Virus record (IMG/VR): IMGVR_UViG_3300020045_010528
Location: 1-25,060 of that record
Strand: one strand, 5' to 3'
Length of the DNA stretch: 25,060 nucleotides
From: a virus
Taxonomy: Duplodnaviria; Caudoviricetes
In this document: piece after piece, positions 18,860 through 25,060 of the stretch
Numbering within the stretch: the stretch's first letter is position 1
How the letters are laid out: every line of letters begins with the position of its first letter
The notes under the pieces: generated by a model
Seen by the model: only the letters and a program-made list of their open reading frames with translations
Told to the model about the DNA's origin: nothing
Database searches by the model: none
Translations under genes and position numbers: made by a program

Positions 18860-19560
18860 ACTCCGGTTTTTTGATTCCATAAAGAAATATGTAACCTATC
18901 TGAAAAATTAAAATTATGTTCAACACAAATAGAAACTACTTTTAACCTTGTGCTTTCTAGTTCTTCTAAATTACTGCCTGCAGGCATTAACCAAATCTTT
19001 GATTTATGAATCAAATTCATATAAGAATCTCCAAGTTCTTCCATGTCTTTTTCGCTTGAAATCACAAATTTAAAAATAGCGGCAGGGAGAAGATTTAAAA
19101 ATTCAATTACTTCGGTTTTATAGCGTTGGTTTGTAGGAACTCCTGAATTTGAAAGTTTAGGTGAAACATTGAAATATTTTACCACAGTACTCAAATAAGG
19201 ATTAGGTATAATTGTACCGTTTGTTTCAATTTCAATTATAGGTAAGAATCCATGATTTTCTGCAAAATAATAAAGAAATTGACAAATTTTTTCTTGGTGT
19301 AATAAAGGTTCTCCTCCGGTTATAATTAAGTGAGTACCTGAATACATTCTTTCAATTTCCAATTCAGTAAAAACATCTTCAAAAGCTGTTTTTTTACCTT
19401 TCTTCCAAACTTCAATAGTATCACAAATCCAAGATTCAGATTGGCATAAAATATTGCAACCTGATAACCTCAAAAATATAGACTTTTGACCCATAGTCCT
19501 TCCTTCTCCTTGTATCGATGTAAATTTTTCCGATACTGATAGAAAATCTTTATTTTCCAT
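18856..19560 (-). CDS. queE: 7-carboxy-7-deazaguanine synthase (radical SAM)
   Basis: EKFTSIQGEG, FLRLSGCNILC..CDT, ITGGEPLL, IETNGT, VSPKL and RLH motifs. Confidence 0.93.
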   Translation of the reverse strand: MENKDFLSVSEKFTSIQGEGRTMGQKSIFLRLSGCNILCQSESWICDTIEVWKKGKKTAFEDVFTELEIERMYSGTHLIITGGEPLLHQEKICQFLYYFAENHGFLPIIEIETNGTIIPNPYLSTVVKYFNVSPKLSNSGVPTNQRYKTEVIEFLNLLPAAIFKFVISSEKDMEELGDSYMNLIHKSKIWLMPAGSNLEELESTRLKVVSICVEHNFNFSDRLHISLWNQKTGV

Positions 19561-19565
19561 AGTGT

Positions 19566-20030
19566 TTATTTTTTAATGAATAATGCTGAATTTTTTTCGT
19601 GTTCAATACATTCAACCGAAACTAATTTAACTTCTGATTTACCTTCGTGTGAAAGCATTAAATCAATGACATTGTAAACCAGTTCTGCAAACGCTTCACA
19701 GCCTACTCTATCCATAACACGTATTTCAGCCACTCCTAATTCTTCAAGGATTTGGAAGGCTCTAAATTCAGGGTCATCCCGTGCTATTACTACTGTATGG
19801 TCAAATACTTTTTTAAACCATTCTGCAATCTGAAAACCGTCAAATTTGAATGTGGATTTTTTTAAAAATCCAAAATCCATAACCCAGTTGTTTGAATCTA
19901 AAGTTTCTGATTCAAAGACTAATTTAAATTTCAATGCGTAACCATGTAATTTACTACAATGCGATTCTGCCGCTCTCCACTGTCTAAAGCAGGTTGAAAA
20001 ACCGTCTATAACTTTTGTTGATTGATACAT
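19566..20030 (-). CDS. queD: 6-carboxy-5,6,7,8-tetrahydropterin synthase
   Basis: HCSKLHGY, WVMDFG, FDHT, GCE and E..KNSA motifs of the PTPS/QueD T-fold family. Confidence 0.92.
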   Translation of the reverse strand: MYQSTKVIDGFSTCFRQWRAAESHCSKLHGYALKFKLVFESETLDSNNWVMDFGFLKKSTFKFDGFQIAEWFKKVFDHTVVIARDDPEFRAFQILEELGVAEIRVMDRVGCEAFAELVYNVIDLMLSHEGKSEVKLVSVECIEHEKNSALFIKK

Positions 20031-20803
20031 TATTTTTTACTTATTATTCGGTGATACTGTTTTACAATAAAATCCCAAGATTCAACATATTCAGCTGGGT
20101 CAGGAATTCCTATTTCTAAAAACGCTTCAATTCTTTCAATGTCAGAACCTGACGTACCTGAGGCTCTACCTCTATAATCAGGATTGTATGAAGTTAAAGT
20201 ATTTCTAAAAACTGTATTGAAATCTAAACCTAAATATTTACAATTTTGAATAGCTTCAATTAATATTTTAGATTTATTAGATGAAATGAAAGGTAAGGTA
20301 AAATTGACTAATTCAGAATTCCAATTACCTGTTTTAAAAGCTTGTTCTAATTCAAAATAAAATTCAGGAGTACAATCAGGATAGATTGTGTGGTCTCCGG
20401 AATGAACACCTAAACAGATTTCAACAGGTGTTTTTTCTATTTGTGCAATCGATAAAGCCCAACCAAATATGATACTGCTAAAGATAGCGTTTCTATTAGG
20501 AACTACCGTTGCTTTCATTGATTCATCTTCATAATGCCCAACCGGGATTTTTTTATCATTCAATAAAGCAGAATCAAAAGCTGAAAAAGCAGATTTCAAA
20601 TCAACGATTTTAAAGCTTTTTAAGGCTAGATTTTTTTCTGAAAGATATTCTATATTCTTTTGGAGTTTTCGTAACTCTAAGGCGTGTTTCTGACCGTAAT
20701 CAAAGCTAATAACATTAACTTCATAATTTAAACTTAACATTCTTAGGATTAGAGCAGTAGAATCCATTCCTCCTGATGCTGATATTACACATTTATTTTT
20801 CAT
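20030..20803 (-). CDS. queC: 7-cyano-7-deazaguanine (preQ0) synthase
   Basis: SGGMDS PP-loop, FDYGQKH..EL, VVPNRNAIF and YPDC motifs. Confidence 0.93.
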   Translation of the reverse strand: MKNKCVISASGGMDSTALILRMLSLNYEVNVISFDYGQKHALELRKLQKNIEYLSEKNLALKSFKIVDLKSAFSAFDSALLNDKKIPVGHYEDESMKATVVPNRNAIFSSIIFGWALSIAQIEKTPVEICLGVHSGDHTIYPDCTPEFYFELEQAFKTGNWNSELVNFTLPFISSNKSKILIEAIQNCKYLGLDFNTVFRNTLTSYNPDYRGRASGTSGSDIERIEAFLEIGIPDPAEYVESWDFIVKQYHRIISKK

Positions 20804-20805
20804 AT

Positions 20806-21330
20806 TTATTGGAATAAATCGATTTTAATTTGGTTTTCAATACGTTCTTTCTTCTTAAATTTTTCCCAATCAAAATCAGCAAGGTTTACTAGGTCAACTA
20901 ATTCTTCTAAAGAATAAGGAATAGTTGGTTCAATTTCATAGTTTTTTCTAACCTCAAGAATTTCTTTTACAATATGTCCTGACTTAATAAAATTGTCAGA
21001 ATTATTTATGTTATTTTCAAGGTAAACTATTTTTGTATCAATTTCAGATATTTTACCATAATTGTAACAAAGAATTTCTTTTACACCTGTTTCTTTTAAG
21101 ATTGAAAAAATTATTTTTCCTTTGATGATTTCAAAATTTCCATCTTCCAATTCTCTTACAAGAAGGTTTTTATTTTGAAGATTTTTAAAGACCGAATTTC
21201 TTAGTTTTTTAAAAATTATTTTATCTTCATTTTTTGAATTCCAAGACGGTAAAGATAACAAATTAATGTCAATCAGCAAAAAGTTCCCGTGTATTTCTTT
21301 TACTCCCAATCTACTTTGCGTGCTTTCCAT
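20806..21330 (-). CDS. Degenerate ParB/Sulfiredoxin N-terminal-domain protein
   Basis: IDINLL...WN.K...F.KL.NS...LLVRE..DG.FEII.G scaffold of ParB-N, but GKII replaces the usual G(E/H)(H/R)R motif. Confidence 0.55.
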   Translation of the reverse strand: MESTQSRLGVKEIHGNFLLIDINLLSLPSWNSKNEDKIIFKKLRNSVFKNLQNKNLLVRELEDGNFEIIKGKIIFSILKETGVKEILCYNYGKISEIDTKIVYLENNINNSDNFIKSGHIVKEILEVRKNYEIEPTIPYSLEELVDLVNLADFDWEKFKKKERIENQIKIDLFQ

Positions 21331-22022
21331 ATTTCTGTTATTTGGTATTCTAGTTCTAAAAATTCTTTAATTCTCAATCGCTCTAAAAACCTTAACGCTT
21401 TACATTTAAGCATACCAATTTTTTGATTATCGATTTTGATTTGGTATCGTTTCCAGCTTATGCTGTCAACTGAATAAAAAGGGAACATTGAAAGACCGTT
21501 AAAACTAGAATAACCTAATCCATGAGTTTTAACTTTATCTTCTGTAACATAAAAAACCTCTTGTAGAAATTTCCTTTTTATATTTTCGTGCGTATCATTT
21601 GCAGGAGAAATTCCAATGTATTCAGATGATTCCATAAATTTATGTAACCAACTAATATTATCACCATAATGATATACTGGCATAACGTTTTTCAGATGTT
21701 TTTTCAGGTATAAAAAGTTTTCATATCCTTGCTTACAACATTCTTCAATATCATCAGCATTAGAACCTGTTTTAGGAATAACATCTAAGTTTATAAACCA
21801 CCAATCTTGTGGACAAGAAAGACAAAATTCTAGGTATTTATCAATATCAATAGAACCGCCTTTGTTCCACACCGAGAAAGCACCTGAATCAATAATGACA
21901 TTATTACCTTCAAACTTTTTAGCAGATTTAGCATCTACTGCAAAAGAAAGAAGGTAATTTTTAACGCCATATTCTTTTAGTATTTCTTCGGAGTTACCTG
22001 GACTACTAAAAAAGTACTTCAT
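21300..22022 (-). CDS. dpdA: DNA-guanine transglycosylase (DpdA family, TGT-like)
   Basis: IIDSGAFS, NLDVI, PVYH, HGLG and FYSVDS motifs of the TGT fold; short (240 aa), lacks the tRNA-TGT Zn motif, embedded in a que cluster of a phage. Confidence 0.85.
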   Translation of the reverse strand: MKYFFSSPGNSEEILKEYGVKNYLLSFAVDAKSAKKFEGNNVIIDSGAFSVWNKGGSIDIDKYLEFCLSCPQDWWFINLDVIPKTGSNADDIEECCKQGYENFLYLKKHLKNVMPVYHYGDNISWLHKFMESSEYIGISPANDTHENIKRKFLQEVFYVTEDKVKTHGLGYSSFNGLSMFPFYSVDSISWKRYQIKIDNQKIGMLKCKALRFLERLRIKEFLELEYQITEIWKARKVDWE

Positions 22023-22436
22023 TTAGTTGTATTGATAAATATTTCCTTCAGTACAAGTTGTATCAAAACCACCTCTAGTATTGTAAACAGTTTCTACTTG
22101 TAATTCTTCTATACCTAAAACAGCTTTCAAATCATCAAAGATTCTTTTAGTAACTGCTTCTTGGTAGATTCCTACGTTTCTAAAAGAAGTTAGGTAGTAC
22201 TTCAAGGATTTCAATTCAATACACTTATCGGAGGTAGGGTAGTATTTTATAGTCAATTCCGCAATATCAGGAAGACCTGAAAACGGACAAACGGCGGAAA
22301 ACTCTTTTGTTCTTGTTTCTATCAATTGTTTTGGAGAATTGAAAACAAAGGTTTTAAGTTCTTCTGTTTTAATAGAAGAATGCGGAAGGAAATCAAATGT
22401 TTTCCCTTCCGCTTCTTGATTAACTGTTACGTCCAT
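22023..22436 (-). CDS. queF: NADPH-dependent preQ0 reductase (unimodular QueF)
   Basis: EFSAVCPFSGLPD (catalytic Cys and Asp), QueF motif ELKSLKYY and RGG. Confidence 0.9.
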   Translation of the reverse strand: MDVTVNQEAEGKTFDFLPHSSIKTEELKTFVFNSPKQLIETRTKEFSAVCPFSGLPDIAELTIKYYPTSDKCIELKSLKYYLTSFRNVGIYQEAVTKRIFDDLKAVLGIEELQVETVYNTRGGFDTTCTEGNIYQYN

Positions 22437-22437
22437 C

Positions 22438-23469
22438 TTACTTTTTCACTTCTTCTTTAGGTTCAGCAACTGGAGCTTTTTCTTCCACAACCGGTGCAAC
22501 ATACTCACTAACATAAGTTAGATTTGCGTATGATACAAGGCGTAATTTTTTGTCTGCCTGTCTAACTTGTACAGCAGGATATCCATCACCGAATGCAGAA
22601 TGTTTGATGGTAACACATTGAATCGTTTCTTTTGTTTGATAATCAACAAATGAATAGTTGGCTGGGATAATCAAAGCTTTTTTCAAAACCTCAATTTTTG
22701 CTCTTTTTTCTTCTTTGGTTTCAGATACCTTTGAAGTTTTAGAAGCTTTTTCAGCATCTTTTTTAGCTTTAGCATCAGCTTTTTCTTTTGCTTTAGCATT
22801 TATGGTAGCAACTTTTTCAAGAAACTTTTCCATATTAGCTTTTGCTTTGTCAAGGTTCAATTGTGCTTTGTTAACCTTAGCAGTTTGCGCTTTTTCAGTT
22901 TTGATTGCATCTTTTGTAGTAAGATTCAAAGCTGATTTAGCTTGTGTAACTTTCAAAGCTGTTTCAGGTTTTGCTGGGTCAACTTTTGCAGTAGCTGTAT
23001 TTACCTTTGCTTCATCAGAATCTTTTGCTTTTTGATTTTTAGCTTTAAGGGTTTCAAGGTGTTTGCTTTCATCTTTTAAAGAATTTTCTGAAAGTTCAAT
23101 TTCTTCTTTCAGTTCGGTGTGTTTAGCTGTCATTGATTCAGGAACAGTATGGTCAGGAGTTTGAGCAGTAGCTTCTGTTGCAGGTGCTTCTGTTTCAGTA
23201 GTAGCTTCTGTTTCAGTAGTAGCTTCTGTTTCGGTAGTAGCTGTTTCCGGGTCTAAGATGTCCTTTTCTTCTGCATTAAGAAGATAATTCAAATCTCCGA
23301 AAGCATCAAAATTTTCTGTGTGAATGTAAGAACCATCTTCTGCCGCATCTTCTGGAATACCGTAGTATGATTTAAAATCTTCTTTTGTAGGCTCGTAACC
23401 TAATTGTTCAATGTCAGTTTCACTTGGAACTACTGAAAACATTACCGCTAATCTAATTAAATTTCTCAT
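22438..23469 (-). CDS. Hypothetical protein: acidic N-terminus, TTETEA repeats, Lys/Ala-rich coiled coil, small C-terminal domain
   Basis: ATG 23469 is preceded by an A-rich initiation region and its own promoter; in frame with the upstream 23775 start. Confidence 0.7.
   Translation of the reverse strand: MRNLIRLAVMFSVVPSETDIEQLGYEPTKEDFKSYYGIPEDAAEDGSYIHTENFDAFGDLNYLLNAEEKDILDPETATTETEATTETEATTETEAPATEATAQTPDHTVPESMTAKHTELKEEIELSENSLKDESKHLETLKAKNQKAKDSDEAKVNTATAKVDPAKPETALKVTQAKSALNLTTKDAIKTEKAQTAKVNKAQLNLDKAKANMEKFLEKVATINAKAKEKADAKAKKDAEKASKTSKVSETKEEKRAKIEVLKKALIIPANYSFVDYQTKETIQCVTIKHSAFGDGYPAVQVRQADKKLRLVSYANLTYVSEYVAPVVEEKAPVAEPKEEVKK
23186..23239. repeat. Three 18-bp tandem repeats (gcttctgtttcRgtagta) encoding TTETEA
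   Basis: Copies at 23186-23203, 23204-23221 and 23222-23239, with partial flanking copies. Confidence 0.9.
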
Positions 23470-23775
23470 TTTTTTAATTGTTTTTAAATTGTTATTTGAT
23501 TTGTCAAATTTATGACTATTTTCCTTTGGTTGTACACTTTCTTCTTTTTTTAACATAACTTTAACATTTTCTTTTAAATCGTTATCATTACATAATTGAT
23601 TCAATTTTTTAGTAGTTGCTTTAAAGGTTTTATTAGAAGCAACTATTGCACCATTAAACCAAATTATAAACTTTCCTAATTTTTCTGAAAATGATAAAGA
23701 TGCTTCTAAAGTGTTTTCTTCATTTGTAAAAGTAAATTCTTTACCTGCTAATAATTCTTTTTCCATTGTTTTCAT
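23470..23775 (-). CDS. Small hypothetical domain (MKTMEKELLAG...) reading in frame, with no stop, into the 23469 gene
   Basis: ATG 23775 lies downstream of promoter P1; the frame stays open through promoter P2. Confidence 0.55.
23502..23565 (-). promoter_or_regulatory. Promoter P2 with palindrome and upstream 16-mer, internal to an ORF
   Basis: Minus strand: GTTAAAGTTATGTTAA (23565-23550) and -7 box TAAATTTG (23512-23505). On the plus strand TGTCA-N6-TGACT lies at 23502-23517. Confidence 0.72.
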
Positions 23776-23813
23776 AATGTTATTTTTTAAGGTTGATTTG
23801 TTTGTTATTTGTT

Positions 23814-23877
23814 TGTCAAAGATATGACAGTTTTTCAAATACACAATACCTAAACCTTATTTTAACAAAACTTTAAC
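23814..23877 (-). promoter_or_regulatory. Promoter P1 with perfect palindrome and upstream 16-mer
   Basis: Minus strand: GTTAAAGTTTTGTTAA (23877-23862) and TTG-N19-TATCTTTG (-7 box at 23824-23817). TGTCA-N6-TGACA lies at 23814-23829. Confidence 0.8.
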
Positions 23878-24514
23878 ATTTAAGAAATTCTGATTTTACA
23901 TCTGATTCTTTGTAAACCCCGCCAAGCTTGGTAGTAACAGTTGAAGAATAATCTTCTACACCTCTTTGCTTTACACACATATGGTCTGCTTCAATCATTA
24001 CAGCTACATCTTCTGTATCTAATATAAGTGATAAAGCGTGGTATATTTGTACTGTAAGACGTTCTTGGATTTGAGGTCGCTGGCTAAAGAATTTAACAAT
24101 TCGGTTGATTTTACTTAAACCGATAATTTTATCTTTAGGTATATATGATACTTTTGCTTTACCGTCAATTGTTACGAAATGGTGTTCACATACTGAAATT
24201 GATTTTACATCTTTCATGGTTATCATTTCATCATAACGCATTTTATTTTCGGTTGTAGTGCATTTAGGAAAGTTATCATAATCTAACCCACTAAAGATTT
24301 CATCCACATACATTTTAGCAACTCGGTTTGGAGTATCAGATAAGGAATCATCTAATAAATTCATTCCTAAAGCTTCCATTATTTGTTTAAAATTTGCAGA
24401 TATACAAGTTTCTGCATTTCCTGCCATTCTCATAACAGCTGGTGTTTCCACACCTAAAGCTGTAAGTTTTTCACTTACAGCTTTTCCTAGTTTAGGGTCT
24501 TTTTTGTTTTTCAT
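23873..24514 (-). CDS. folE: GTP cyclohydrolase I
   Basis: [33 protein letters not shown] and HMCVKQRG motifs. Confidence 0.96.
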   Translation of the reverse strand: MKNKKDPKLGKAVSEKLTALGVETPAVMRMAGNAETCISANFKQIMEALGMNLLDDSLSDTPNRVAKMYVDEIFSGLDYDNFPKCTTTENKMRYDEMITMKDVKSISVCEHHFVTIDGKAKVSYIPKDKIIGLSKINRIVKFFSQRPQIQERLTVQIYHALSLILDTEDVAVMIEADHMCVKQRGVEDYSSTVTTKLGGVYKESDVKSEFLKC

Positions 24515-24927
24515 TAATGTAATTGTCTATTAGTGTTTTTGGTTTTTCCGTCCTGCTGTCCCATCATAAAGGCATTAACATTTATATCTTTTGATTTGGT
24601 AGATGTTGATTGAAGCGTTCCTATGTTTTCTTTGATGAAATCTTTTATAAGGTCAGTTTTTTTAACTACAATCAATTGGTACATTTTTTCTTCTGTTTTG
24701 TCGGTAAGGAAGATTTTTTTATCTTGCTGTAATCTTTCACTCAATCCTGAAAGAAAACCATCTATGTAAGAACGTATAAATTTACCTCTATTCGGTTTTT
24801 CATAAGAAGATACCATTTTTATTTCAGCTAATTCTTTCAAAAGTTCTTGGCAATTCTCTTTATATCTACGTGCGTAAAGGTTACGAATTACTGGAACTAA
24901 GGTTTCAAAAAGTTCGGATATAATCAT
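24514..24927 (-). CDS. Hypothetical protein resembling the C-terminal part of DUF2786-type phage proteins; probably 5'-truncated
   Basis: GFEED...SYIDGF..GL.ERL...AF..G..DG pattern. The protein-like sequence continues a few codons upstream of the ATG (TGFEEDR) and then degrades. Confidence 0.5.
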   Translation of the reverse strand: MIISELFETLVPVIRNLYARRYKENCQELLKELAEIKMVSSYEKPNRGKFIRSYIDGFLSGLSERLQQDKKIFLTDKTEEKMYQLIVVKKTDLIKDFIKENIGTLQSTSTKSKDINVNAFMMGQQDGKTKNTNRQLH

Positions 24928-24940
24928 TCTATCTTCTTCA

Positions 24941-25006
24941 AATCCTGTTGAAGTAGAAGTAAAAACAAGTAATTTCCAAGACCCGAATGAAGATGTACCA
25001 TTTTAA
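24941..25006 (+). pseudogene. Orphan C-terminal gene fragment (NPVEVEVKTSNFQDPNEDVPF*)
   Basis: Plus-strand frame ending in an acidic DVPF tail at TAA 25004-25006; no ATG between it and the upstream stop at 24875-24877. Confidence 0.5.
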
Positions 25007-25016
25007 AATTTGAATT

Positions 25017-25060
25017 ATGAATAAAACAGACCACGAAATTTTAGAAAGACAGCCAAAAGA
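25017..25060 (+). CDS. Start of a plus-strand ORF (MNKTDHEILERQPK..., partial)
   Basis: ATG 10 nt after the DVPF stop; frame open to the window end. Confidence 0.45.
   Translation, partial: MNKTDHEILERQPK

Noticed and set aside
18860-18880. Computed primase start at 18880
   Set aside because: ATG 18859 forms an ATGA overlap with the queE stop, matching the coupling pattern of the operon.
21300-22022. Interpretation as a tRNA-guanine transglycosylase for queuosine synthesis
   Set aside because: The protein is too short, lacks the C-terminal Zn/tRNA-binding region, no queA/queG is present, and the phage replication context fits DpdA.
22023-22436. Interpretation as a QueF-like amidinotransferase (archaeosine pathway)
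   Set aside because: The NADPH-binding QueF motif ELKSLKYY is intact, favouring a true reductase.
1509-23035. Short alternative ORFs (1509-1760, 7966-8172, 8377-8559, 12287-12484, 12390-12581, 12774-12980, 13084-13302, 14872-15105, 14954-15223, 15899-16126, 16367-16552, 16823-17266, 22658-23035)
   Set aside because: They overlap well-supported genes on the opposite strand or in another frame, have shadow-like composition (Ser/Phe/Leu-rich) and show no motifs.
23186-23239. 18-bp repeats as a CRISPR array or replication iterons
   Set aside because: They have no spacers and are in-frame coding repeats with a synonymous variant.
23776-23844. Computed start of the 468-aa ORF at 23844
   Set aside because: This GTG lies inside promoter P1, upstream of the -7 box; ATG 23775 with an A-rich leader is more plausible.

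Overview
This is a roughly 30% GC segment of a tailed phage, a contractile-tailed, Mu-baseplate-type myovirus. Its promoter motifs and A-rich start regions point to a Bacteroidota (probably Flavobacteriia) host. Bases 1-10795 (+) are a tail module: tube end, chaperone with a probable -1 frameshift, tape measure, Mu gp46/47/48-like wedge, two paralogous fibre proteins, tail completion, and gpN/gp44/gp45-like hub and spike. A bidirectional terminator at about 10800 separates it from a convergent minus-strand block. That block encodes a complete 7-deazaguanine DNA-modification pathway (folE, queF, dpdA-like transglycosylase, a degenerate ParB-like gene, queC, queD, queE). It then continues through a primase, a Rad50-like ATPase, an SF2 helicase, a Rad52-like annealase, a YqaJ exonuclease, an SSB-like protein, a VRR-NUC nuclease, an HTH protein and a lipoprotein. 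Notable signals: (1) a predicted dPreQ1-type modification cluster with two unexplained embedded genes; (2) a repeated bipartite promoter/operator (GTTAAAGTTWTGTTAA plus TGTCA-N6-TGACA over a Bacteroidota -7 box), one copy lying inside an ORF; (3) a QueC lacking its zinc-binding cysteines; (4) near-total absence of GATC; (5) an apparent inversion junction at about 24945. All product calls come from motif recognition by eye; no database searches were run.
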